A stretch of 64,000 nucleotides of DNA from Spirulina sp. (GCA_044070495.1 JBIPSI010000005.1:64001-128000), one strand, 5' to 3'. Positions 1 through 9,894 are shown, counted from the first letter of the stretch. Made by a program: numbers and translations. The notes: generated by a model from the sequence alone, not told the origin.

Positions 1-638
1 CTGGCTAAGCCTTCGCTGGCCTGAGTTTTGGGACGATATCCCCCATGACCCAAGCGGGTGATGGTGCCATCGGCGGATCGGTAGGGCTGGGCCGCCCCCA
101 TCTGGTAGCGCACATTCACCAGCAGTTGCTTCACGCTGCCAAAGTCGATCAGCACCGGGCGACCATCGGCGTTGCGCTGTACCAGGTTGTCGGGGGAGAT
201 ATCGCGATGCACAATGCCCAGCCCATGCAGATATTGCAGCACAGGCAACACCTGGGCCAGCAGCGGCAGCACCTCCGCCTCCGAAAATTGACCCCCCTGG
301 GCCTGCCGACGGGCCAGCAGATGGCGATAGGTGGGGCCTTCTACGTAGTCCTGCACCAAAAAAAGCTGCCCTTCCTCCCGCAGCAGTTCGCGAAACCGAG
401 GAATTTGGGGGTGATCCAACTGGTAGAGCAGGCTGGCCTCGCGCTCAAACAGCATTTGAGCCTGGTCTAGGAGCGCTTTTCCCTCCACCTGGGGGTTAAA
501 TTCTCGCAGCACGCAGAGTTCTTGAAAGCGGTGGGTGTCCTCCGCCAGGTAGGTGCGGCCAAAGCCACCACTGCTGAGCTGTCGCAAAATGCGATAGCGC
601 CCCCCCAGAAGCCGATCCCCCCGTTCTGCTGCCTCCAT
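1..638 (-). CDS. Ser/Thr protein kinase-like protein (Pkn2 type), runs off the left edge; possibly a pseudokinase
   Basis: Hand translation from ATG 638: LGGRYRILRQLSSGGFGRTYLAED...CVLREF...LDHPQIPRF...LFLVQDYVEG...IVHRDISPDNL...VLIDFG; open to the window edge; not in the ORF track. Confidence 0.9.
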   Translation of the reverse strand, partial: MEAAERGDRLLGGRYRILRQLSSGGFGRTYLAEDTHRFQELCVLREFNPQVEGKALLDQAQMLFEREASLLYQLDHPQIPRFRELLREEGQLFLVQDYVEGPTYRHLLARRQAQGGQFSEAEVLPLLAQVLPVLQYLHGLGIVHRDISPDNLVQRNADGRPVLIDFGSVKQLLVNVRYQMGAAQPYRSADGTITRLGHGGYRPKTQASEGLA

Positions 639-716
639 GGCCCCTCCCGTTCTAAACGCTCTCCCATCCTATAGAAAATCGCCCCCTAGGAGGCCGAGGG
701 TCAGTCTGTAGAGTCG

Positions 717-801
717 GTAGGTTGGGTGCAGTGAAGCGGAACCCAACACCCATCCAGAATTTCGGGCTGGTTGGGTTCTGCTATCGCGCCACCCAACCTA
801 C
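717..801. repeat. REP-doublet (REPIN-like) element: two inverted GTAG-hairpin units
   Basis: GTAGGTTGGGTG (717-728) and CACCCAACCTAC (790-801) form a perfect inverted repeat; each arm has its own GTTGGGT...ACCCAAC hairpin. Confidence 0.75.
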
Positions 802-852
802 GATATATCAAGGATTTTTGGAGTTGCGATATATCAAGGATTTTTGGAGTTG
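801..852. repeat. 26-bp perfect tandem duplication
   Basis: CGATATATCAAGGATTTTTGGAGTTG twice (801-826, 827-852). Confidence 0.95.
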
Positions 853-871
853 TGTCAGGCAACCGACCGAC

Positions 872-3412
872 TTACTTGGTGGTCATAATATGCACACCAT
901 CCCAGTCCTGAGGGGGCGGCTCTACCAGGTAGTGGCGGGCGCGGTTGATGTGGACGGCCACGGCCTTGTCGTTGGGGCGCATGTCCTTGGCGGCGTAGAA
1001 CAACTCCAGGGCTTCTTTGAAGTTCATGGCAATGTAGGCCGTACGAGCCTGGGCATAGCGCTCTAGAAAGTCTTCGGTGCCAGGGTCTAGGGGCATTTCG
1101 CGGGGGCCAATCAGCTCATAGAGATTGACGGGCTGATTTTTCCCTTTCACCTGGGTGCGGTCTAGCTCTCTCACCCAAATTTTGTCTTGGCAGAGGGAGT
1201 AGGTGTACTCACTAATCACGATGTCGCAGCCGTATTCCTTCGTGACGCCCTCCAGGCGGGAGCTGAGGTTCACCCCATCGCCGATGACGGTGTACTCCAT
1301 TTTGCGCTGGGAGCCAATGTTTCCGGAGACCACTTCGCCGGAGCTAATGCCAATGCCAATCCGGATTTCGGGCTGCTTCAGGTGTCGCCGTTCTTGGTTG
1401 AACTGGGCGAGGCGGCGGCGCATATCCAAGGCACTTTGCACCGCCGACCAGGCATGGTTCGTCAACGGTAGGGGCGCACCAAAGACGGCCATCAGGGCAT
1501 CTCCGATGAATTTATCTAGAGTGCCCTCGAAGTTAAACACCGCCTCCACCATGGTTTCAAAGTAGGCGTTGAGCATTTCCACCACCTTGTCGGCTTCCAG
1601 GTTTTCGGTGAGGGTGGTGTAGCCACGAATATCGGAGAACAAGACCGTCACGTCCTTGCGTTCGCCCTTCATCAGCACATCGTCGCCCAGGGCCATCACT
1701 CGCTCGGCCACACCGGGGGTCATGTAGCGATAAAGAGTGCTCTTCATCCGTTTTTCCTGGCTGATGTCTTCTAGCACCAGCAGGCCGCCCAGCACCTTGC
1801 CTTCGGGGTTGGTGAGGGGGTTCACGGTCAGGTTGACGCTGCGTTCTAGGGATTTCACCCGATCGGCGGTGAGGAGAGGCGCATCGGCATCGCCCCAGGG
1901 ACGATAGTGATCAGCCTGGGCCGGATCGGGTAGGGCGAGGTGAATGGGGCCTTCTCCGGCCTCGTCATCCCCCAGTTGCAGGGCAACGCGCAGGGTTTGT
2001 TCGGGCACGTAATGTCTGGCCCCGTGGCTGAGGCTGTCTTCAATGCGGAAGCGCATACTTTCGATGGGCATCACCTCCCACACCGGGCGGTTGAGAAGCC
2101 GTTCTTGCCATTGATCGCGCCGTTCCCGCAGGTGGTCGCCCTCATGGGGACAGCCCAGTAAATCGACAGCGGCATCGTTGATGGTGACAATACGGCCTTC
2201 CAAATCGGTGGAAATGACCGCATCGGAGAGGCTTTGCAGAATGTCTTTTTGGTACTGTTTTTCGACCAGGACGCTTTCAAACAGCTTGGCATTTTCTAAC
2301 GCAATGCCCGCCTGAATGTTGAAGGCCCGCATAAAGGCCTCGTCGGAACTATTAAAAGTACCCTGAACTTTGTTGATCAGTTGGGTAACGGCAATCAGCT
2401 TACCCGATGAATTAAACACGGGCATACAGAGAATGTTGCGGGTAACGTAGCCCGTGCGCTTATCGGTTTCAGGATTAAAGCGGGGATCTTTGTAGGCATC
2501 GGGGATGTTCAGCACCTCGCCAGTGCTAGCCACATGGCCCACAACACCACTGCCAATGGAGTGATGCAGTTCCAGCATGGTTTTGCCATCACCCATCTTC
2601 ACCCGCGACCACAGTTCCCCCTTTTCTTCATCCATAATCCAGAGGGTACTGCGGTCAGCCTGCATCAGTTGACGGGCTTCCTCCATCACCGATTGCAGGG
2701 TTTTCTCTAAATCCAAACTCTGTTCTAGGGAGGAAATCGCCTTCAGCAGGGCGGCGACCCCCTTTTGGTTACGGGCGGCAACGTAGAACGAATTACAGCT
2801 TTCTAAAATTACCCCTAGGGATTCGGCAAACTCCCTAAAATGCTGCTCGTCCTCCTCGTTGAAGGGCATTTCATTGAGTTTATTGAGCAGTTGTACGACG
2901 GCTACGATGTTGTTTGACTTTTTGCTCAGCACCGGCATACAGAGGATACTGCGGGTGCGGTAGCCGGTTTTTTTATCGTAGGAGCGGTCGAAGCGGTCGT
3001 CGTCGTAGGCGTCTGGAATATTCAGGGTTTTAACGTGGGTAGCCACATAGCCCGAAATACCCTTATCCATGGGTACCCGTAGATCTAGGGATCGCTCCCC
3101 ATCACCCTGGGCAATTTTCGACCAGAGTTCTTGTTTTTCCTGATCCACCATAAAAATGGTGGTGCGTTCGGCCTGCAAAATTTGGCCAATCTTGAGGGTA
3201 AACGCCTCAAGGATTTGCTCCAGCATGATCTCCAACGATTCGTTGTTGATCATGTCGATGGCGCGGAGGAAATGCTCGAATTCGTCGGTAATTCGATCCA
3301 GCAGGTCGATAAATTGGGGCGTGGGCAGATCGCGCACCCGATGGGTGAGGGAGCTACTTTGGTTGACCATCGAGAGTGTGGCCAACATACCGCGATTAGA
3401 CTGAGTGACCAT
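872..3412 (-). CDS. cyaB1: Class III adenylate cyclase, GAF-GAF-PAS-catalytic-TPR-like (CyaB1 type)
   Basis: Two GAF domains (NIPDAY..DRF, ILCMPV, QLLNK/QLINK), a PAS domain, and catalytic motifs FSDIRGYT, DKFIGDALM, EYTVIGDGVNLSSRLE. Confidence 0.9.
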   Translation of the reverse strand: MVTQSNRGMLATLSMVNQSSSLTHRVRDLPTPQFIDLLDRITDEFEHFLRAIDMINNESLEIMLEQILEAFTLKIGQILQAERTTIFMVDQEKQELWSKIAQGDGERSLDLRVPMDKGISGYVATHVKTLNIPDAYDDDRFDRSYDKKTGYRTRSILCMPVLSKKSNNIVAVVQLLNKLNEMPFNEEDEQHFREFAESLGVILESCNSFYVAARNQKGVAALLKAISSLEQSLDLEKTLQSVMEEARQLMQADRSTLWIMDEEKGELWSRVKMGDGKTMLELHHSIGSGVVGHVASTGEVLNIPDAYKDPRFNPETDKRTGYVTRNILCMPVFNSSGKLIAVTQLINKVQGTFNSSDEAFMRAFNIQAGIALENAKLFESVLVEKQYQKDILQSLSDAVISTDLEGRIVTINDAAVDLLGCPHEGDHLRERRDQWQERLLNRPVWEVMPIESMRFRIEDSLSHGARHYVPEQTLRVALQLGDDEAGEGPIHLALPDPAQADHYRPWGDADAPLLTADRVKSLERSVNLTVNPLTNPEGKVLGGLLVLEDISQEKRMKSTLYRYMTPGVAERVMALGDDVLMKGERKDVTVLFSDIRGYTTLTENLEADKVVEMLNAYFETMVEAVFNFEGTLDKFIGDALMAVFGAPLPLTNHAWSAVQSALDMRRRLAQFNQERRHLKQPEIRIGIGISSGEVVSGNIGSQRKMEYTVIGDGVNLSSRLEGVTKEYGCDIVISEYTYSLCQDKIWVRELDRTQVKGKNQPVNLYELIGPREMPLDPGTEDFLERYAQARTAYIAMNFKEALELFYAAKDMRPNDKAVAVHINRARHYLVEPPPQDWDGVHIMTTK

Positions 3413-3742
3413 AGAACACCCGATTTAGCGTAATTCAGACCGACCGGACTGGGAGGATGCAGAGCGTGTCTAGTACCTACTACTCTAACCGTATCTATTC
3501 CGAATCATACGGTAAGTTCTCTATGAACCCAGAAGCCCCATTGCCGTAAATGGCTAGAAACCTGACGTATTAGATGCGATATGAATTCTTGGATGCGATG
3601 TGGATTCGCCATGGATTGAGCAGAGCGGCAAGGGAAAGGGTTGCGGATAACCCTGATAGACGGTTCTGTTAAAGATCCTTACGGAGTCGTCTAGGTCGGA
3701 TAACGGGCGGTTTATCGTGCAAAGGTTCTACGGAGATTGGGA

Positions 3743-5257
3743 ATGTCGCGGCAACAGTGGTCATCTCAGACGGTGTTTATCTTGGCTGCCGTGGGTTCGG
3801 CGGTGGGGTTGGGCAATGTGTGGCGCTTCCCCTACTTGGCCGGACGCTACGGCGGCGGGGCGTTTTTGATTCCCTACCTGCTGGCCTTTGTGCTGCTGGC
3901 CACGCCGATGCTGATTCTGGAATTGGCGATTGGTCAGCGGATGCAGCGGGGGCCGGTTCAATCCCTGCGGCGGATGCACCCAGCCTTTGGCGGCGTGGGG
4001 CTGGTGGCGGTGGCCTCGGCCTTTTTGGTGGTGGCCTACTATGCCGTGGTGATGGCCTGGTGTTTGCTGTACCTGGTGCGATCCCTGGGGGTGCCCTGGG
4101 CCGACGACCCGGAGGGCTATTTCTTTGGCCAAGTGCTGCAACTGAGCGACAGCGTAGGACAACTGGGCGGCTTCAACGGGCCGATTTTGATTTCCCTGGT
4201 GGTGATTTGGCTGTCGATTTATTTCTGCATTTGGCAAGGCCCCAAGAGCGTGGGTAAGGTGGTGCTGTACACGGTGCCGATTCCGGTAGTGGTGCTGGCG
4301 GTGCTGTTTGTGCGGTCGATCTTTTTGCCGGGGTTCCTAGAGGGCTGGCGGGTTTACCTCAGCCCGGTGTGGAGCGCCATGCTGGATCCAGCGGTGTGGA
4401 CGGCGGCGGCGGCCCAGGCGTTTCTCACCCTGTCTGTGGCCTTTGCCATCATGCTCACCTACGCCAGCTACAAACAGCCCGACGAAGACATTGTTAAGTC
4501 CTCCTGGCTGACGGCCATTGCCGACCTGGCCATTAGTCTGTTTGCCGGATTTGTGGTGTTTGCGGTGCTGGGCTACATGGCCTGGAGCACCGGGGTAACG
4601 GTGCAGGATGTGGCTGCCTCTGGGCCGGGGCTAGCCTTTGTGGTGTTCCCCAAGGCGCTGAGTTTGATGCCCCTGGCCGGACTGTTTAGCGCCCTGTTCT
4701 TTTTTATGCTGCTTACCCTCGGCATCGACAGCGCCTTTTCCCTGATTGAACCCACCGTAGCGGCGGTGCTGGATATCCAACCCGGACGCCAAAGCACCCA
4801 CATTGCCGGATGGGCCTGTTTTGCGGCCTTCCTGGTCGGTAGCCTCTACACCACCAAGGCGGGGCTTTATTTTTTGGATATCGTCGATCACTTCGTCACC
4901 ACCTACAACGCCATCCTCGTCGCCCTGGGCATGGCCCTGCTGGGGGGCTGGGTGTTTGGGGCCGAAGCCCTACGCCGCTACGTCAACGAGATTAGCGATT
5001 GGCACATAGGCCGCTGGTGGAATGTGGCGATCAAATGGGTGGCCCCCGTGGTGCTGGTGATTTTGCTGGCCACCCAGCTTTCCACCGACCTGCGCACCCC
5101 CTACGAAGGCTACCCCGCCTGGGCCTTGGCCATTGGCTGGGGCACGGTAATTCTGCCCGTGGGGGCTGGGGTAGCCCTCAGTTTCGGGGCGAAAAATCCA
5201 GAGTCCCTAGAGCGCAACGACGAATCCTATGGGGATCAGACCGATCCTCACGCCTAG
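3743..5257 (+). CDS. Sodium-dependent transporter, neurotransmitter:sodium symporter (NSS/SNF) family
   Basis: GSAVGLGNVWRFPY..GGGAFLIPY signature; many TM helices; GPGLAFVVFP. Confidence 0.92.
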   Translation: MSRQQWSSQTVFILAAVGSAVGLGNVWRFPYLAGRYGGGAFLIPYLLAFVLLATPMLILELAIGQRMQRGPVQSLRRMHPAFGGVGLVAVASAFLVVAYYAVVMAWCLLYLVRSLGVPWADDPEGYFFGQVLQLSDSVGQLGGFNGPILISLVVIWLSIYFCIWQGPKSVGKVVLYTVPIPVVVLAVLFVRSIFLPGFLEGWRVYLSPVWSAMLDPAVWTAAAAQAFLTLSVAFAIMLTYASYKQPDEDIVKSSWLTAIADLAISLFAGFVVFAVLGYMAWSTGVTVQDVAASGPGLAFVVFPKALSLMPLAGLFSALFFFMLLTLGIDSAFSLIEPTVAAVLDIQPGRQSTHIAGWACFAAFLVGSLYTTKAGLYFLDIVDHFVTTYNAILVALGMALLGGWVFGAEALRRYVNEISDWHIGRWWNVAIKWVAPVVLVILLATQLSTDLRTPYEGYPAWALAIGWGTVILPVGAGVALSFGAKNPESLERNDESYGDQTDPHA

Positions 5258-5307
5258 GGGTTGGGGCCTGGGCTGGGTAAGGAATCAGGATGCCATGGGA
5301 CAGATTC

Positions 5308-5535
5308 ATGGGACAGATTACGGTGCAGGTTAAACCCAACGCCAAACAGCAAAAAATCCTGCGGCGAGAGGACGGCACTTGGTTGGTGCACCTCAAAGCT
5401 CCCCCCACCGAGGGCAAGGCCAATCAAGCGTTAATCACCTGTTTGGCCGAACACTTTGGCGTCACCAAGGCCCAGGTTGAGATTCGATCTGGCCACACCG
5501 GACGGATCAAGCGGGTGTGGATTGATGACGATTGA
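5308..5535 (+). CDS. DUF167/UPF0235 (YggU-like) protein; alternative start 5290
   Basis: VQVKPNAK...VHLKAPPTEGKANQALI..LAEHFGV.K..V.I.SGHTGRIK. Confidence 0.88.
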   Translation: MGQITVQVKPNAKQQKILRREDGTWLVHLKAPPTEGKANQALITCLAEHFGVTKAQVEIRSGHTGRIKRVWIDDD

Positions 5536-5551
5536 CAGGCATACCCATCGT

Positions 5552-5671
5552 CTAGAACGCCGCTATAGAACCCCGGTTTCTGCGCAAAGGCCAAATCTCC
5601 TGGGCGCACCGACAAAGAAACCAGGGTTCTCTCAATACCGGATTTCTCTCAATCCTGAACCGATGCTCTAG
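5552..5671. mobile_element. MITE/REP-like element with an AGAACCCCGGTTTCT...AGAAACCAGGGTTCT inverted core and CTAG-bounded ends
   Basis: Inverted repeat 5567-5581 / 5616-5630; related copy at 41703-41785. Confidence 0.65.
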
Positions 5672-5837
5672 TTGAGGCTTGCTAGGAGGGTGAAAGGGCA
5701 AAAATACCTTCTACCTAGATTTTGGCGTGATCGATCCCCATCGCGAGGGAAAACTAGGGCAGGTTGTCGTGGTCTGCGCTGGTTGGCGCTATCTCCTGCT
5801 ATGGCCCTCGTGCGTTATCGATATCGTCCTTAAGCTT

Positions 5838-6809
5838 ATGAATCACTCCGTGCAACCCCGATTCCGTTGGATATCCCTCAGCCTTACGGGTTTGACCGCC
5901 CTATTGGCGGGAACCATGGCCTGTTCCCTCAGCCCTTCAACCCTGGCTCCGCTAGACTCCGCGTCATCCCTCGGCCTCGGTCAATCGGCCCAGGCCCAAA
6001 CCGACCACTGGCCTCAGCTTGAGCAGGATATTGTGGCCTTCCAAAACCAGGCCCGCCAGAACCCAGCCAGCCTCATTCCCCTGCTGGAAGCCCGCCTAGC
6101 CGCCATGAACGAGGCCGGAGAGATCGTCAATGGCTGTGGCCGCCGCTGCAACATTGCCACCCAAGAGGGAAAATCCGCCGTGCAGGAGGCCATCGATTTT
6201 TTGCGGAATCAAGAGCCTCTCTCGCCCCTGGAGTTTTCAGCCCAGGTCGCCCTAGCCGCCCAAACCCACGCCGATGATCAGGCCGATGGTGCAACGGGTC
6301 ACACCGGATCCGATGGCAGCCGTCCCAGTGACCGCCTTGACCGGGCCGGAGCCTTAAATAGTGCCAGCGGCGAAAATATTGCCTACGGATCCCCCACGGG
6401 TCAGGAGGTCATCCTCGATCTGATTGTGGACGATGGCGTCCCAGGACGGGGGCATCGGGTCAACATCTTTACGCCCCGCTGGACTCGCACGGGTGCAGGC
6501 TGTGGCCCCCACGCCACCTACGGCCTAGTCTGCGTGATCAACTACATCACCTTTTCCCCGCAGATCACCATTGACCATCGCGGCACCGTTGCCCTAGAGT
6601 CGCTAACCGTGGAGGGGCAAAACCTTCTAGCCAGCCCCCTAGCACCGGGGAGAACCCAAACCATTCCCCTTAACCCCCAGCAGTGCAAGGCTACCCTGGA
6701 TATTCAACTCCAGGGCTACAATCTGCTGCAATGGCCCGATCTTTCCCTCTGTGGCGCAACCCTCACCATCGAACCCGACAACGGCTTTGAACTGGGCTAT
6801 CCCCAATAG
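5838..6809 (+). CDS. CAP/SCP domain protein, probable lipoprotein
   Basis: Signal peptide with lipobox-like LAGTMAC; CAP motifs HADD..GHTGSDGS, GENIAYG, LIVDDG..GHRVNIF; ORF track starts at 5727, ATG 5838 preferred. Confidence 0.82.
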   Translation: MNHSVQPRFRWISLSLTGLTALLAGTMACSLSPSTLAPLDSASSLGLGQSAQAQTDHWPQLEQDIVAFQNQARQNPASLIPLLEARLAAMNEAGEIVNGCGRRCNIATQEGKSAVQEAIDFLRNQEPLSPLEFSAQVALAAQTHADDQADGATGHTGSDGSRPSDRLDRAGALNSASGENIAYGSPTGQEVILDLIVDDGVPGRGHRVNIFTPRWTRTGAGCGPHATYGLVCVINYITFSPQITIDHRGTVALESLTVEGQNLLASPLAPGRTQTIPLNPQQCKATLDIQLQGYNLLQWPDLSLCGATLTIEPDNGFELGYPQ

Positions 6810-6849
6810 GGATCCCCAAATCGGGGGAGGCCCGCCGGATAGGTACCCG

Positions 6850-9800
6850 TCACCGCCGACAGGCCACCCTCAGGCAGGATTGATCCAGGGGATGACAGAG
6901 CCATTGCTCGATGGCGTCGGGAGGCTGGGGTTTGCCAAACCAGTAGCCTTGGCCGAGGTCGCAGTTAAGTTGTTGGAGGGTTTGTACGTCGAGTTCGGCT
7001 TCAATGCCCTCGGCGATGGCGGTAAACCCAAGCTGATGGGCCAGGGTAATGATAGTCTCCACAATTTTGTGATGGTGGGGGCTAGTCTGCATTTGGCTGA
7101 CAAAGGATCGGTCGATTTTGAGGTGGTTGATGGGGAATTGGTAGAGGTAGCTGAGGGAGGAATAGCCGGTGCCAAAGTCGTCGATGCTGAGGGAAATAGA
7201 GCGCTGGCGGAGGGCATGGAGGACAGTGAGGGTGGTCTGGATATCGTCGATGAGCATACTCTCGGTGATTTCTAGCACCAAGGCCTGGGGCGGCAAACCC
7301 GTGCGGGCCAGGATATCGTCAATGTGGGACAGCAAGCTAGGGCTATGGAGCTGCATGGCGGCGAGGTTGACGCTAATCGTAAGCCCCTGGGCCTGGGGAC
7401 AGCAGGTTTGCCAATCGTGCAACTGCCGACAGGCGGTTTCCATCAGGTGGTAGCTGAGGGGCACAATCAGGCCCGTTTCTTCCGCCAGGGGGATGAACTC
7501 GCCGGGGGGCACCAGGCCGCGCTGGGGATGCTGCCAACGCACCAGGGTTTCAAAGCCCTCAACGGCGGCGGTGGCCATGTCCACGATGGGCTGGTAGTAG
7601 AGAACAAATTCTTCGGGATGTTCCAGCAAGGAGCGCCGTAGTTCGGTTTCCAGTTGCAGGCGGGTGATGGCCTGGGTGTGCATGGCGCTGTTGAAGACTT
7701 CGTAGCCATCGCGGCCCTTATTTTTGGCGCGATACATGGCAATGTCGGCATCGCGCAGCAGTTCGGGGGCGTCGGTATAGGTGCTGTCTCCCATCACAAT
7801 GCCCACGCTGACGGTGGTAAACACCTCCTGGCTGCTGAGGTGCAGGGGTTCGCGCAGGCTGGCCAAGACGACTTCTGCGAGATTAATCACCTCGGTGAGG
7901 TCGGCCACGTCCTCCATCAGCAGAATAAATTCATCTCCCCCTAGGCGGGCCGCGAGGTCGGTGGGGCGGGCCACACTGCGTAGGCGACTGGCGATTTCAA
8001 TCAGCAGTTCATCGCCAATCAGGTGGCCGAGGCTGTCGTTCACCACCTTGAACCGATCCACATCTAAAAACAGCACGGCAAACCGATAGTGGCTGTGGCG
8101 GCGGGTGCGGTTGAGGGCTAATTCCAGCCGATCTTGCAGCAGTTTGCGGTTGGGCAATCCGGTGAGGCTGTCGTGGAGGGCATCGTGCTGGAGTTGTTTG
8201 CGCATCCGCATGGTTTCGGTGACATCGCGGGAGGCGGTTTGCAATTGGATGACGTCACCACTGGCGTTGAGGATGGGGCGGATGAGGGTTTCAATCCAAA
8301 GGTAGTGGCCCAGCTTGTGGCGCATCCGGTAGGTGGCCTTGGCCGATTCTCCCGCTAACACCTGGGGCTGGGCCGATGGCTGGCAGGTAGAGACATCACT
8401 AGGGTGCACCCAATCGGCAACCTGAGTGTCTAGCAGTTCACTGGGTTGATAGCCCAAGGTCCATTCCACCGACGGGCTGACGTAGAGGTAAGTGCCGTCT
8501 AGGGCTTGGAGGCAGACCAAGTCGGTCATATTGTCGGCCATTAGGCAAAATAGGGCAGACTGCTGCTGAATCTCAGCATTGGCTGTCTCTAAGTCGGCCT
8601 TCGACTGTTGCAGATCGTGGACGGTGGCGGCAATGCGCTGGGCCATGGTGTTAAAGGCCAGCACCAGTTGTTCCAGTTCATCCAGGCGGCTGGTGCGTAG
8701 GTTGTGGTGCAGTTGGCCGTTGGCCATGGCCTGGGCCGCCCGCCTCACCTGGACAATAGGCCGCGAAATCCATCGGCTGGTAATCAGCCCTAACCCCAGG
8801 GCCACCGCCAACGCCAACAGACAGAGAATCACGGTGGAGCGGCGGGAGGCTTCGATGGTGGCCATAAAGTCCCGTTCGGGCACCACCACCACAATCAGCC
8901 AGTCCAGCCCCACATCGTCCCGAAAGGGCACCACTTCCACAAACTGCCGCTGGCGATCAAGCTGAAACTCAAACTGCTGAGGTAAACGCACATCGCCCAG
9001 GTAGCCGTTGTATTGTCGCAGCAAGAACTGGCTGCTGGCCCGAATCAGCGGGTCTTGGTTGGTGACGGAATACAGACGTTGGGGCTGGCCATTCACCACC
9101 ACAAACGGTTCCGGCAGGGTGGAACTGGCCACAATCAAGCCCTTTCGATCCAAAATGAACGCCTGCCCGTGGTCGCTAATCTTCAGCGTAGCCAGAAAAT
9201 CGCTGATCGCTGACAAAAAGAAGTTATTGCCCAACACGCCGATCAACTTACCCTCGGCATCGTAGACCGGGCGGGAGGTGGGCAGCGCCAGCACCGGGTA
9301 GGCATGGTAGGGAAAAACCTCACCCCACACTGGCCCGTTTGCCCGTATGGCCGCCAAATACCAAGGCCGCGTTTGGGTGTCCCATCCTGGCGTGGTTTGC
9401 TGAATGGCCAGGGTGTTGCCGTTGTCATCCACCGTTGAAAATTGGATAGCACCCCCCAGAGATGGCCCCCCCTGCATGCGCTGATGCTGGCCAGGGCCTA
9501 GATCGCTGTGGCCAATGAATTCTTGGTTGACATGGCCAAAGAAGATGGAATCGACCAGGGGAAACTGACGGGACTGCCGCAAAAAGTGCTGAAACAGGGC
9601 TTCGGAGTCCTCAGGGTCGAGCTGCCCTGCCTGGATGGCGTCTTGGTTGAGCCGATTCACCAGGTGGGGCATAGCCAAAAAGCTATCCAGTTCCTGCACA
9701 ATTTGCTGGGCCACCGAGGCGCGCAACTGGCTAGCGACCTGGTTCACCGCCTGCTCCCCATGGCGCATGGATAACCAACCCGTAACCGCCACCGCCGCCG

Positions 9801-9894
9801 TTATCTGGGCCACAAAGGGAACAACCAGCACCCCTCGCAACGGTAAACGCCGCAGGGTGCGGGCAAAGATGGTTCGAGACCAACCCAAAATCAT
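6850..9894 (-). CDS. Membrane c-di-GMP enzyme: dCache-HAMP-PAS-GGDEF-EAL
   Basis: Two TM segments around a Cache domain (RPWY), HAMP, PAS, intact RLGGDEF, EAL variant ETL, intact DDFGTGYSSL. Confidence 0.92.
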   Translation of the reverse strand: MILGWSRTIFARTLRRLPLRGVLVVPFVAQITAAVAVTGWLSMRHGEQAVNQVASQLRASVAQQIVQELDSFLAMPHLVNRLNQDAIQAGQLDPEDSEALFQHFLRQSRQFPLVDSIFFGHVNQEFIGHSDLGPGQHQRMQGGPSLGGAIQFSTVDDNGNTLAIQQTTPGWDTQTRPWYLAAIRANGPVWGEVFPYHAYPVLALPTSRPVYDAEGKLIGVLGNNFFLSAISDFLATLKISDHGQAFILDRKGLIVASSTLPEPFVVVNGQPQRLYSVTNQDPLIRASSQFLLRQYNGYLGDVRLPQQFEFQLDRQRQFVEVVPFRDDVGLDWLIVVVVPERDFMATIEASRRSTVILCLLALAVALGLGLITSRWISRPIVQVRRAAQAMANGQLHHNLRTSRLDELEQLVLAFNTMAQRIAATVHDLQQSKADLETANAEIQQQSALFCLMADNMTDLVCLQALDGTYLYVSPSVEWTLGYQPSELLDTQVADWVHPSDVSTCQPSAQPQVLAGESAKATYRMRHKLGHYLWIETLIRPILNASGDVIQLQTASRDVTETMRMRKQLQHDALHDSLTGLPNRKLLQDRLELALNRTRRHSHYRFAVLFLDVDRFKVVNDSLGHLIGDELLIEIASRLRSVARPTDLAARLGGDEFILLMEDVADLTEVINLAEVVLASLREPLHLSSQEVFTTVSVGIVMGDSTYTDAPELLRDADIAMYRAKNKGRDGYEVFNSAMHTQAITRLQLETELRRSLLEHPEEFVLYYQPIVDMATAAVEGFETLVRWQHPQRGLVPPGEFIPLAEETGLIVPLSYHLMETACRQLHDWQTCCPQAQGLTISVNLAAMQLHSPSLLSHIDDILARTGLPPQALVLEITESMLIDDIQTTLTVLHALRQRSISLSIDDFGTGYSSLSYLYQFPINHLKIDRSFVSQMQTSPHHHKIVETIITLAHQLGFTAIAEGIEAELDVQTLQQLNCDLGQGYWFGKPQPPDAIEQWLCHPLDQSCLRVACRR

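Noticed and set aside
45..470. Track ORF on the + strand (141 aa)
   Set aside because: Antisense shadow of the minus-strand kinase (its VVGGDIAMH is the reverse reading of VHRDISPDN).
467..667. 66-aa minus-strand ORF
   Set aside because: Out-of-frame overlap with the real kinase start at 638.
3472..3486. Possible LexA box upstream of cyaB1 (AGTACCTACTACT)
   Set aside because: The second half-site does not fit the cyanobacterial RGTAC-N3-DGTWCB consensus.
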